A stretch of 64,000 nucleotides of DNA from an uncultured Methanosarcinaceae archaeon (GTDB lineage Archaea > Halobacteriota > Methanosarcinia > Methanosarcinales > Methanosarcinaceae), in assembly GCA_963721455.1 (NCBI GenBank), contig CAVRJG010000053.1, positions 1 to 64,000 on the forward strand, written 5' to 3'. The notes under the pieces are model-generated. The model saw only the letters and a list, made by a program, of their open reading frames with translations, did not search any database and had not been told where the DNA came from. The translations under genes were made by a program, and so were the position numbers. Each line of letters begins with the position of its first letter. Position 1 is the stretch's first letter. Below, in pieces: positions 41,817-51,977 of this stretch.

Positions 41817-42234
41817 CAGATAAACCGCCTTCTGCCTGCTTGTTTTGTAGCCTGCGGATAATGCGAATTGATAATTTACCTTAATGCCCTGAAGAGCCGC
41901 TTACTGATATTTCTCAAAAATACTAGCCTGGATTTAAGGGCAGGTATTATTTAAGTAAAATTTAATTTGAGGGATACTTAACAGGGGAAAACTAAGATCT
42001 TTTTCTAACAGGTTTATCAATTTAATGGCTTATTAATTCGTCTGAAAGTTCACTTGATTACCTGAAAATATTTGAATCACGGAAACCATAAATCAAGGTA
42101 TCTTAAAAAGTATCTGAAAAATAAGTAGGGGAGGGGATTGACGAGAATAAAAAAATTTTTGAGAAAATATATTTCAAAGATCTTCTCGCGATTCTTTCAG
42201 AAAAAACAGTAGTCCCGAAAAGGAGTCTCATGCC

Positions 42235-43128
42235 ATGTTTTCAAAGGAAGATAAAATGGTAAATTTAGGGTTCAATTCTATTAATGAAGGGTTTGACGAA
42301 GGAGTGAGCCAGGCCCTTAATTTACTGACAGAAATCGGCACAGGATACCTCAACGAAAGAAGAGAGCCAGAAGCTGAAAAAATGGTGGTTTCCATAAAGG
42401 AAATCGGAAAGGCGGCTGCCCTTCGGGGGATGGAGAACGCAGCAGTCAATGCCATCCGGGCTCTTGAGAAGATGCTGCAGTGTTCCATAGAGCGGAATAT
42501 GCAGGGCGCGACTGTCAGAGTGCTACTGTCATTTGGAGCTATAGGAAAAACGGCTGCCGAACAGCAGCTTGAAATGGTAGCCAAACTTGCAGCATCAGTG
42601 CTTGGGAAAAGCGGGAATACTGCAGCCCTCCTTAAGAGGGAAAGAGAAACCATCGCAGTTGTCATCGGGCTTGGAGAAATCGGAAAAGCGGTTGCAAGGA
42701 TGAAATTTCCCGATATATCGGAAAATACTGCAATATGTATCTCGTGTCTTGGGGATGTGGGAAAACTTACGGCTCAGAAGAGTCTCGAAGAGGCTGCAGT
42801 GGGAGTAGAACTGATGCTCGAAGAGATGGCTGTAGCAGCCATGCAGGAAAACCTTCAAAGCTCGGTAAGAAGTATCGCGACCTCTATTGAAGAAATTGGA
42901 AAAAACGCTGAGGAAGAAAACATGGAAAACGCGGTTTTCCAGGCATCATCCGCCCTCCAGACCATCATGAGCAATGCAGGAAACAGATACCTGAACGACG
43001 CCTCAATTGCAGCTAAGGTTGCCCTTGAGTCCTTCAATGAGCTTGATATAATAAATGATGAAGCTAATATAAAAAAAATAGAAGGAATAAGGGAAATGAT
43101 GAGAGCGCTCTGGATAGATTCAAAATAA
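42235..43128 (+). CDS. Hypothetical alpha-helical repeat protein
   Basis: 297 aa with repeated (L/I)xEIGK(A/T)A units; AGGAG SD. Confidence 0.8.
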   Translation: MFSKEDKMVNLGFNSINEGFDEGVSQALNLLTEIGTGYLNERREPEAEKMVVSIKEIGKAAALRGMENAAVNAIRALEKMLQCSIERNMQGATVRVLLSFGAIGKTAAEQQLEMVAKLAASVLGKSGNTAALLKRERETIAVVIGLGEIGKAVARMKFPDISENTAICISCLGDVGKLTAQKSLEEAAVGVELMLEEMAVAAMQENLQSSVRSIATSIEEIGKNAEEENMENAVFQASSALQTIMSNAGNRYLNDASIAAKVALESFNELDIINDEANIKKIEGIREMMRALWIDSK

Positions 43129-43338
43129 AAAATTCTAAACGCCATACAGATCCAATAGGATCTCAAATAGCTCTGAAAATCCCTGATCTAATTTGATACT
43201 CGTTTCTTTAAAATTATCTCCCAAATGAATTTTTATTTCCAACTTTCTTTTGAATTTATGAACCAGATTCAGTGAAAAAAATAGGTTTTTAAATCAAAAT
43301 TCTAATTTGAGAGCCTCTGTATTCATACTTTTAAAAAC

Positions 43339-43361
43339 AGCAACGTTTATAAAACGTTGCT
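43339..43361. promoter_or_regulatory. Perfect 10-3-10 inverted repeat, possible operator
   Basis: AGCAACGTTT-ATA-AAACGTTGCT. Confidence 0.35.
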
Positions 43362-44080
43362 ATCCAGACAAATGATAAAACAAAATTCTCATTTTTAACA
43401 CTAAATATGTAGACTGTTGAAAATATTTTAAATATTCCTTTAACTTTTGGAACATTTGGGTTTTATAAAGTGTGTGAAACAAGTATATGATAATGGAAAA
43501 GGAATCAAAATATTAAGAATCTGTAGCAAATTTTACAGAAAATTAGGCACACTGCTATTTACTCCATTAATCTGGGCTTTTATAGGATAACGAACTGAGC
43601 TCAGTTTTTCTCAGGTAATATAGAGTAACTGTCAGCAGAACGATAATTCCTATGAGTCCTTCCCCTCCTTCTATCAGGTGGTTATAATCAGAATAAATGA
43701 TAATCCATATCCCGTGATCCTGTGCATTTTGTCACATATAGGAAATGTCACACAATGCAGATTACAGCCAGAAATCCAGGACGTCCGGCAGTTGCCAGGC
43801 TTACTATTTTGACCTAAAAAGGAAAGAAAAGAGGGCTGTTGAATCCCAAAAGAGGGGCAATCAATCCCTGGCTTCGGAATCTTCAAGTTCTATGAAATCT
43901 TTCACTATGTAATCACAAGTAGGTGCTCTCCCCACAAGCAGTTGATATTTTGAGAAAACTGTACTATAGTTAATCGGGTAATTTTATTAAGGGGAAACCT
44001 GAAAGTATCAAGTGGTCAATTATCAAAATATTCATCTGTAATCAAATGGTAGCTGAATTTTTAGTCGTGAGGAGATTAGC

Positions 44081-44665
44081 TTGGACTGGAATGAAGCATA
44101 TAAGGGTACACCGCCATGGGATGTCGGTCACCCCCAGCCAGTTTTCGAAGCCCTTATAAAGGACGGAGAAATTAAGCCTGGACGAGCCCTGGATATTGGA
44201 TGCGGCCGGGGTGATAATGCAATAATGTTAGCCATGAATGGGTGTGACGTCACAGGTATAGACCTTGTTGAAGATGCCATCTCTGACGCAAAGGCAAAGG
44301 TCATAGAGCATCATGTTAAGGTAAACTTCGTCGTCGGGAATGTATTACGGATGGACCGGCTTTTCATGGAGGCTGAATTCGATGTCGTTATCGATTCGGG
44401 TTTGTTTCACGCGATGACGGACGAGGAAAGGCCAGTTTTTGCATGGCAGGTACATAGGGTGCTAAAACCAGGCGGCAAATATTTTATGCTGTGTTTCTCC
44501 GATAAGGGGCCCGAAGGCTGCGGACCAAGGAGGATTTCAAAAGCTGAAATAGAGCGTACTTTCACGCCACTTTTCAACATTATCTATATAAAAGACTCGG
44601 CGTTCTATTCTAGAGTCGAGCCGAGTAGCAGTAAAGCTTACCTTGTATCAGCCGTCCGGAGTTAA
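44081..44665 (+). CDS. Class I SAM-dependent methyltransferase (TPMT-like)
   Basis: PPWDVGHPQP, ALDIGCGRG, DSGLFH, LKPGG; TTG start with GAGGAG SD. Confidence 0.92.
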   Translation: MDWNEAYKGTPPWDVGHPQPVFEALIKDGEIKPGRALDIGCGRGDNAIMLAMNGCDVTGIDLVEDAISDAKAKVIEHHVKVNFVVGNVLRMDRLFMEAEFDVVIDSGLFHAMTDEERPVFAWQVHRVLKPGGKYFMLCFSDKGPEGCGPRRISKAEIERTFTPLFNIIYIKDSAFYSRVEPSSSKAYLVSAVRS

Positions 44666-44700
44666 TCAGATCAAGATAGATGTTTGGTGCTCCCTGTTTA

Positions 44701-44854
44701 AAGCCTATCCAAAAAGTCAATAATGGCATGTAAGTCAATACTGGCATGTTGTAAAAGTTAGAATAGATGTGTAATATCCGGATATCCGTTCCGATTGTGT
44801 ATAGTGCCAATTTTAAAAAGTTACAGTAGGTCACACCACCTTTCGGATAGGCTC
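44701..44854. mobile_element. 154-bp MITE with IS5-like ends
   Basis: AAGCCTATCCAAAAAGT vs rc GAGCCTATCCGAAAGGT; flanks TTA/TAA; internal 18-bp tandem duplication. Confidence 0.65.
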
Positions 44855-44894
44855 TAAAACAGTCTCAAGAGAAGCTCAATAATAAAAAATTTAA

Positions 44895-45083
44895 TAAAAA
44901 AGTTGTTAAAGATAAAGTAAAAATAGTAAGAAGAAGCCCAGAGGCACTGTATCTACTGTATCCCCCAATACAGTCTCTTCGAATTTATGCTTCCCCAAAC
45001 ATATTAATTCGAAGAAGGATCAGCGACCTCCAGGAGATTCTTTATTTATTGTGGTAGATATCCCAACTCATTTCCCAACTCCA
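44895..45083 (-). ncRNA. Candidate structured small RNA with repeated UUGGG(G)A motifs
   Basis: TATA-like TTTAATATAA at 45113-45104; two hairpins with G-rich loops; U-rich 3' end; no ORF; ends approximate. Confidence 0.4.
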
Positions 45084-45212
45084 GAATATACTAATAGTAC
45101 AAATTATATTAAATTGATTATACAAAAAATTGTTTTTAATTAAAAAATAGTTTGGCATAAAAAATTTCAAGCCCAACGGGGCAAAATTAGGGGATAAACA
45201 TTTTACACTTAA

Positions 45213-45400
45213 CAGTAGTTCCGATAAGACTTACTTCCGAATGATAAAAACATATTAATTTTACTTTTTACCCACTAATTTTCAAAATATACTATATTAT
45301 TGATCAGAGCTTAAAATTCTTAAGCTATAACTTCCACTAACATTTTACAAAAAATAATATCTTATAGAATAATTTTATAGCATAAGCTATTAAGTTCGTA
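45213..45400 (-). mobile_element. Solo end fragment of the ISH3 element
   Basis: CAGTAGTTCCGAT... diverged copy of 18268-18465. Confidence 0.8.
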
Positions 45401-45654
45401 AATGTCCTTTTCTCACAAAGTCCATAAGGAAATTTACCTCGTGACCTTCAAGGTTAATCGTTATCATGAAGATGTAAAGGGATTCAGAGCTTATAAGTTA
45501 ACAAATAATTAAATTTTCGCGACACTAGTCTTCTTAAAAGGGCAGATGGGGCTGCCCGGAGAAAGAGTTTGGATGCCTGGGTACAGAAATTTTTAGCAAG
45601 AGAAACTAAAAAGGAAATAAAAAATGAAGTAGAAAGTGTCTGATTTCTCAGGCA

Positions 45655-46878
45655 TCAGGTTCTATTTTTTACTACTTCTTTTGCGGCGTCCTTGAAGAGT
45701 ACGCGGAGGTCCCAGAGAAGTTTTTTATTGGCTTTAAAGAGAGCCTGTAGCAGGTCAAGAAGGCTCATTCTCTCAAATTTTACATCCTTCAGGGAATGGG
45801 CAAGGGAATTAAGGTTTTCATCAGTTAGATTGATAAAACAGTTCTTTACGATAAGGCTCATATCGATATCATGCCCTATAGTTGCCCTCCAGCGCTTTTC
45901 ATAAACTTCCTCGAGTTTTCCGAGAGAGACATCTCCTGCGGATATAGCTGCATAGGCAGCTTCTCCTGCCATTTTTCCTGCATCCATAGCGTTAAGAATC
46001 CCACCGCCTGTGATCGGGTCGGACTGGCGTGCAGCATCTCCCACGATCATCAGTCCGTTAACTGAAGTTTTCTCAATGCTGCCTGAGACCGGAACTCCTC
46101 CGAAGACCACTTCTATTATACTGGCATCCGGAAATTTCTTCTCAATAAAACTGTTAAGGTAATCTACGGGCCTCGGCTTGAATTTTCTCATTTTGCTCCC
46201 GAGAATTCCTATCCCGACATTGGCTTTGCCCTCTCCTTTCGGGAAAATCCAGATATAGCCGCCTGGTGCGGCATCATTTCCTATATAGAATTCACAGTAC
46301 TCCTGGTTTACATCCGCGCCTGCTATAAGGTACTGGGCGCAGGTTTCAATGTCTATTGGCTTTAAGGAAGTATCAATTCCTGCCCACCTGCCTACTTTTG
46401 ATTCGACCCCGTCAGCGCCTATAACTATTCTGGCACGCACGTCATACTCTTTTCCAAGATGCATGAGCCGGGCTCCTTTGACGAAGTCATCTTCAATGAT
46501 CAGGCCAGTTGCTCTGGTTTTTACCCTAACTTCTGCTCCGGCTTTCGCAGCCTGTTCTGCAAGGGCGCGATCAAAAACTTTTCTCTCAAGGACATAGCCT
46601 ACTTCTCCACCGGAGATTTCTTCTGCCATCTCTATCTTTGTACCGTCCGGGGCGTAAATACAGGAGGCTTTCAGGTCAGCGCAAATCCATCTGTTGTCAA
46701 TTTCCACATGTTTTTTGAGATTCTCTTTGTTCACGCCTTCGGCGCAGCGTACAGGATCACCTATTTCCTGGCGTTTTTCGATTAAAAGGACATCTAGCCC
46801 ATTTTCAGCCGCGGTTTTTGCAGCAATGGAACCTGCAGGACCGGCCCCTATTACTAAAACATCATACCTGTCCTTCAT
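45655..46878 (-). CDS. Digeranylgeranylglycerophospholipid (geranylgeranyl) reductase
   Basis: [35 protein letters not shown]. Confidence 0.93.
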   Translation of the reverse strand: MKDRYDVLVIGAGPAGSIAAKTAAENGLDVLLIEKRQEIGDPVRCAEGVNKENLKKHVEIDNRWICADLKASCIYAPDGTKIEMAEEISGGEVGYVLERKVFDRALAEQAAKAGAEVRVKTRATGLIIEDDFVKGARLMHLGKEYDVRARIVIGADGVESKVGRWAGIDTSLKPIDIETCAQYLIAGADVNQEYCEFYIGNDAAPGGYIWIFPKGEGKANVGIGILGSKMRKFKPRPVDYLNSFIEKKFPDASIIEVVFGGVPVSGSIEKTSVNGLMIVGDAARQSDPITGGGILNAMDAGKMAGEAAYAAISAGDVSLGKLEEVYEKRWRATIGHDIDMSLIVKNCFINLTDENLNSLAHSLKDVKFERMSLLDLLQALFKANKKLLWDLRVLFKDAAKEVVKNRT

Positions 46879-47051
46879 TTCATTACCTCAATTGCTCCCA
46901 CAGGGCAGATGCGATCACATATCCCGCATGCCATGCACGTATTTTCATCTACTTCAACCCAGGTCTCCACAAGTTCGAGTGCTCCCTTAGGGCAGACTCC
47001 CACACAGGCACCACAGTATCCGCATTTATATCTGTTTATGTTGATGCTCAC
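46875..47051 (-). CDS. 2x[4Fe-4S] ferredoxin coupled to the reductase (58 aa, not in ORF track)
   Basis: GTG start; [12 protein letters not shown] and [12 protein letters not shown]; ATGA overlap with the reductase. Confidence 0.92.
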   Translation of the reverse strand: MSININRYKCGYCGACVGVCPKGALELVETWVEVDENTCMACGICDRICPVGAIEVMK

Positions 47052-47886
47052 CAGCTCACCTGTAATATTTTAAGGCAGATAAGATATTTATGGCATGTTA
47101 AGGCAGTTTGATAAATTATGGCGATTTTAGAACAGATAATAGCAATTCCCTAACATATATCTTTTGTTGATTAAGACTGCCAGGCTTGAAAGAATTCCTT
47201 CTTTTAATCTCTAACTTTCGGAAATCAAGGATTTTCTCCGATCTGCAGGGTCCCATTTTCTGCAAACAAGCCCCTCTTTTTTATAAGGTATCGATCATGC
47301 TTGTCAGATTTCCCTTCTGAAAGTCCGGAAATTTTCCACTATTCGTGGGTATAATTTTCCCTGTTTATTGATAATCACAGTGAAATGCCTTTTATCTAAT
47401 TTCTGATTCGGACGACAGTTTTATGATTTGCCCGCGAGGTGATATGATTGAGTTCAATTTTTTCGAACCCAATTTGTTTCCAATCTAATTGTTCGGACCC
47501 ATATTGTATCGTATCATTAGTTTGTTTACGTATTGTTCAATTTCAAACTAAATGCGAATGAATTCTATTTATATTTTATGATTCTGAATATCGGATCGGA
47601 AAATTCGGCACTTAGCTTCCTTCTTTTAGGCTTACATAAGGTTCCCAAATGCAACTGTGTCCACACAAAAGTGATCCTCTGCCCTAAGCCCCATATCCCA
47701 CTAATTTATAGTCAACTCAACAATTAACTGCACTTTTAGAGTGTAATTTCCGGTTATTACTCTTGTTTATATTTGTAAATATTTCCTGTGTTGACTATAG
47801 TTATTATTTCCCCCATAACACTTTCCTTCGACTTCTATATAACCTTTCTCTGTTTTCGATTATTTAATAATTGCGACCCCACTGGC

Positions 47887-48513
47887 TCAAATTAGAGCCA
47901 GCCCTACCCTTCCTCTTCTAATCTCAAGCCTGAACTTCTGGCTGATATAATCTTTTGCAGCTCCATTTCCGTGTATAAGCAGTTCTACGAGGTCTTCGGG
48001 TTCATCTATATCGGTGCCTGCAAGGAAAGAGTCGTAGATTTCAACATTCTGCCCTGCTTTTGCTGCAATCGAACAGTGTGTCAGAAAACTCGAGCCATAG
48101 TACCTTACCCTGTAGCTTGAAGGGTTTCTTATAAACAGTACATTCGTACCCCCCCCTTTTCCGGGGACGATACACACATCTTCTTTTGTTGAAGTTATTC
48201 CTTTAATATGGTCTGGAGAAAGGAGGGGGAGGTCAGCCATAACAATCAGGACCGGCTCCTCAGCCTCTTCGAGATACCTGTTAATAGCCTCATTCAGGTC
48301 GTTCTTGTCCAGAAGAACCCTGGTTTTCCTCATATTCTCAAGCCCGTACATCGAAGGACTGAGAATATCGATTTTTTCTATTCCGGCTTCTTGGAGGGAG
48401 TCTATTACCTGATTCAGCATGAGTTCCACAAACTCTTCCCTTTCTTCCTGATTCAGGACAGGGGACAATCGGGATTTTGCACTGGCTTTTTTATAAGGGA
48501 TTACGGCTTTCAT
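47887..48513 (-). CDS. cofC: 2-phospho-L-lactate guanylyltransferase
   Basis: AVIPYK...AKSRLS, MADLPL, GGGTN, DIDEPEDL. Confidence 0.95.
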   Translation of the reverse strand: MKAVIPYKKASAKSRLSPVLNQEEREEFVELMLNQVIDSLQEAGIEKIDILSPSMYGLENMRKTRVLLDKNDLNEAINRYLEEAEEPVLIVMADLPLLSPDHIKGITSTKEDVCIVPGKGGGTNVLFIRNPSSYRVRYYGSSFLTHCSIAAKAGQNVEIYDSFLAGTDIDEPEDLVELLIHGNGAAKDYISQKFRLEIRRGRVGLALI

Positions 48514-48576
48514 CTGGACTCCTGCAAATAGTGACCTTTTAACCTTCCGGAAATCAAATCTTCAATTTAATCGTTC

Positions 48577-49734
48577 TTATTCCCTGCTGCCTATTTTGGT
48601 CCTTCCGTAATTCGGAAGTGGCCCTTCTCTATCCGGAAATCTTGGCTCCACTTTCCTGTACAGAGTATCCCTCTGCATGGGAATTCTTCCTGCACCTTTT
48701 ATCATCCATTCGAACTCTGCAGGAGACACATATTCCCCATGGCTTCCTCCGGACGCTGTTGAGATCTGGTCTTCCATAAGCGTGCCTCCGAGGTCGTTTG
48801 CTCCGCATTGAAGGGCTACCTGTGCAAGTTTTTTCCCGAGCTTAACCCAGGTGGCCTGAATGTTGTTTACGTAGGTGTGCAGGATTATGCGGGAAATGGC
48901 AATGAGCTGCAGGTCTTCGAGTCCTGTGCTTGCGAACTTTCCGGATGCCAGCATCTTTTCCCCTATCCTGTTATTGTAAGGCAAAAAGGACATTGGAATA
49001 AGTTCCGAAAACCCGCCGGTCTCTTTCTGGATTTCGCGGATAGTAAATACATGGTCCAGGCGTTCTTCGGCCGTTTCCACATGCCCGTACATGATGGTTG
49101 CATTGGTGGAAATTCCGGTTTTATGTGCAGTCTTTATGGTATCGATCCATTGCTGAGTATTGATTTTTCCGGGACAGATAATTTTTCTAACCCTATCGGA
49201 AAGAATCTCTGCAGAAGTTCCGGTAAGAGAATCAAGCCCGCTGTCTTTAAGTTTGCGCAGGGCCTCTTTTACGGACATGCCTGAAATTCCTGCCGCGTAA
49301 TTTACTTCCATAGGGGACAGGGCATGAATACAGATATCAGGAAACTCGGCTTTTATGGATTCTACGATCTCAAGATAGAATTCCATGTCAATTTCCGGGG
49401 TATACCCTCCCTGGACGCAAACTTCGACAACCCCGGCTTTTCTGGCTTCACCCACCTTTTTCAGGATTTCTTCCACACTCAGTATATAACCTTTCTCTGT
49501 CCTGTAAGCGCAGAATCCGCAGTTTCCTGCGCATTTATTTGTAATGTAGATGTTCCTGTTCATAACATAACTAACAATATCGCCTGCGGTATGGGCCCGC
49601 AGGGTGTCGGCAAGTTCAAATAGCTCAAATGGGCTTCCTTCAAGCAGGATAAGCGCATCTTCTTTAGTGCACTTTCCCTGATGTGCCCTCTCAATGACAT
49701 CATCGGGGATTACTGCCGGTTTTTTCATGTACAT
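48577..49734 (-). CDS. cofH: FO synthase subunit CofH (radical SAM)
   Basis: NRNIYITNKCAGNCGFCAY, GTSAEIL, MYGHVE, GANDLGGTLMED. Confidence 0.93.
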   Translation of the reverse strand: MYMKKPAVIPDDVIERAHQGKCTKEDALILLEGSPFELFELADTLRAHTAGDIVSYVMNRNIYITNKCAGNCGFCAYRTEKGYILSVEEILKKVGEARKAGVVEVCVQGGYTPEIDMEFYLEIVESIKAEFPDICIHALSPMEVNYAAGISGMSVKEALRKLKDSGLDSLTGTSAEILSDRVRKIICPGKINTQQWIDTIKTAHKTGISTNATIMYGHVETAEERLDHVFTIREIQKETGGFSELIPMSFLPYNNRIGEKMLASGKFASTGLEDLQLIAISRIILHTYVNNIQATWVKLGKKLAQVALQCGANDLGGTLMEDQISTASGGSHGEYVSPAEFEWMIKGAGRIPMQRDTLYRKVEPRFPDREGPLPNYGRTKIGSRE

Positions 49735-49788
49735 CCGATCATTCCTGTTTAAGCTGAGGTATTTCCTACTTATTCCCGATGGATAGGG

Positions 49789-50916
49789 TCATTCAGAGAC
49801 TCCGCACCCTGGCGTCTTCTGACTTCCCGAAGCCAGCTCGCGCACTCTTCCGTACAGAGTCGTTCTCTCTTCCGGGATTCTTCCGGCTCCATGGATCATC
49901 CACTCCAGTTCTTCGACCGTAATCATTTCCCCGTGACAGGCCCCGGCAGACCTGGAAATGCTTTCTTCCATAAGGGTACCCCCAAGGTCGTTAGCGCCAC
50001 AGTGAAGGGCGAATTGGGCAAGCTTTTTCCCGAGTTTCACCCAGCTTGCCTGAATATTTTCCACATGCCCGTGGAGAAGAATACGGGAAATAGCATAGGT
50101 TTTCAGATCCTCAAGGCCCGGAGTGGCATATCTGCCTTCCCTTATCATTTTTTCCCCTACAGGGTTGTTGTAGGGCATAAAAGGCAGGGGCACAAATTCC
50201 GTAATCCTGCCTGTCTCTTTCTGGATCTCCCTGATGATCAGCATGTGCTCGATCCTTTCCTCCAGGGTTTCAACATGCCCGTACATCATGGTTGCAGTTG
50301 TAGGGATGCCTGCAGCATGTGCCTGCCTGACAACCTCGACCCATTCTCCGGTTTTCAGTTTCAAGGGGCAGATAATCTCCCTCACCCTGTCCGAAAGTAT
50401 TTCTGCCGCAGTTCCGGGCATTGTGTCAAGCCCGCTTCTTTTAAGCCTTAAAAGGGCTTCTTTTACCGGTATTTCGCTGATACGGGAAGCATGGTAGACT
50501 TCCATTGGCGAAAAAGAATGAATATGCATTTCAGGAAACTCAGCTTTTATGGCTTCTACAATCCCAAGGTAGAAGTCCAGGCCCACATCAGGAAGCAGTC
50601 CCCCCTGGATACAAACTTCAGTCGCATTTGCCTGCTTTGCCTCTCTTACCTTTGTCATGATTTCTTCAATGCTGAGAACTTTGCCTGTGTTTGTCCTGAA
50701 TGCGCAAAACCCGCATGTTCCTACACAGCGGCTTGTAAAATTGATATTCCTGTTTACTACGTAAGTAACTGTATCTCCTGCTGCAAGGGAGCGGAGTTCG
50801 TCCGCAAATCTGAAGAGTTCGAAAGGAGGTACCTCCAGGAGTAGAAGCCCATCTTCTTTTGTGCTCTTTCCCTGGTATGCGCGTTCTATGAGGTCTTCGG
50901 GAATTTTGCTGTTCAT
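49789..50916 (-). CDS. cofH: FO synthase subunit CofH (radical SAM)
   Basis: NRNINFTSRCVGTCGFCAF, PGTAAEIL, NIQASWVKLG, GANDLGGTLMEE. Confidence 0.94.
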   Translation of the reverse strand: MNSKIPEDLIERAYQGKSTKEDGLLLLEVPPFELFRFADELRSLAAGDTVTYVVNRNINFTSRCVGTCGFCAFRTNTGKVLSIEEIMTKVREAKQANATEVCIQGGLLPDVGLDFYLGIVEAIKAEFPEMHIHSFSPMEVYHASRISEIPVKEALLRLKRSGLDTMPGTAAEILSDRVREIICPLKLKTGEWVEVVRQAHAAGIPTTATMMYGHVETLEERIEHMLIIREIQKETGRITEFVPLPFMPYNNPVGEKMIREGRYATPGLEDLKTYAISRILLHGHVENIQASWVKLGKKLAQFALHCGANDLGGTLMEESISRSAGACHGEMITVEELEWMIHGAGRIPEERTTLYGRVRELASGSQKTPGCGVSE

Positions 50917-50942
50917 TTTTCTAATTCCTCCGCGTGCCCTGT

Positions 50943-51944
50943 TCAGGGCTGTTTCCTGTAACCTTCCCTGTCAGAAAGCTGTCTGATCAGCCCGCCTATT
51001 CTGTCAGAGTACCACCCTCTTTTTATGTACTGAGGGTAAATTGGCAGGCGTTCCCTGAGAGGGACAGTCTCCAGTTTCTCTTGCAGGTCTTTTACATCCG
51101 GCCATTCGGCTTCAGGATTAATCCAGTCAATGGTCAGTGGAGATATGCCTCCCAGGTCAGTCACCCCTTTTGCGATAAGGGCTTTTGGGTCTATAAGGTT
51201 TGGGGCAACCTGCACTGCCACGTCAGGAGGAAGGATCTGCCTGGCAAGGAGTATAGTATCAATCATTTCTTCCGCTGTGGGCTCAGGAAAGTTTTCCATG
51301 GGTGTCCCCGGCTTTGGGGCAAAGTTCTGGATAATGACTTCCTGGATATGCCCGTATTCCCTGTGAAGGCCTGCGATAGCCTCAAGGGACTCTATTCTGT
51401 CCTCCCTTTTCTCCCCGATTCCTACAAGGAGGCCTGTAGTATAGGGAATCTGAAGTTTTCCGGCTTCCCGGATCGTATCAAGCCTGCGTTCCGGAAGTTT
51501 TCCAGGGCAGTCTTTATGGGCGTCCAGGGTTGCCGTGCTCTCAAGCATCAGCCCCATGCTCGCGTTCAGAGGCTTTAAAGCCTGCAGCTCCGAGCGCGTC
51601 ATGATTCCTGCATTCGTATGAGGGAGAATTCCGATCTCGATTGCAGTTTCACAGAGAAAGAGAAGGTATTCCAGAGTGGAAGAATAACCAAGTCCTTTGA
51701 GCCACTCCCTGTACTCCGGCACCTCCTCTGCATACTCCCCAAAGGTGAAAAGAGCTTCAGTGCACCCGGCCTTTACTCCGTTTTCAAGAACAGGAATGAT
51801 TTCTCCGGGCTTCATGAGCCTGGCGTCCGGTTGTCCGGGTTCCCGCCTAAAGCCGCAGTAACCGCAGCGGTTCCTGCAGATATTGGTTACGGGAATGAAA
51901 ACGTTTTTCGAGTAGGTAACAAAATTGGAATTTTTCGGTAGAAT
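50943..51944 (-). CDS. cofG: FO synthase subunit CofG, apparent ATT start
   Basis: TYSKNVFIPVTNICRNRCGYCGF lies in frame upstream of ATG 51815; PHTNAG, SMGLMLES, DLGGISPLTIDWINPE; start inferred. Confidence 0.9.
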   Translation of the reverse strand: MLPKNSNFVTYSKNVFIPVTNICRNRCGYCGFRREPGQPDARLMKPGEIIPVLENGVKAGCTEALFTFGEYAEEVPEYREWLKGLGYSSTLEYLLFLCETAIEIGILPHTNAGIMTRSELQALKPLNASMGLMLESTATLDAHKDCPGKLPERRLDTIREAGKLQIPYTTGLLVGIGEKREDRIESLEAIAGLHREYGHIQEVIIQNFAPKPGTPMENFPEPTAEEMIDTILLARQILPPDVAVQVAPNLIDPKALIAKGVTDLGGISPLTIDWINPEAEWPDVKDLQEKLETVPLRERLPIYPQYIKRGWYSDRIGGLIRQLSDREGYRKQP

Positions 51945-51977
51945 GGTAAAACACCTGCCGGGTCTGTTTCTGGAACT

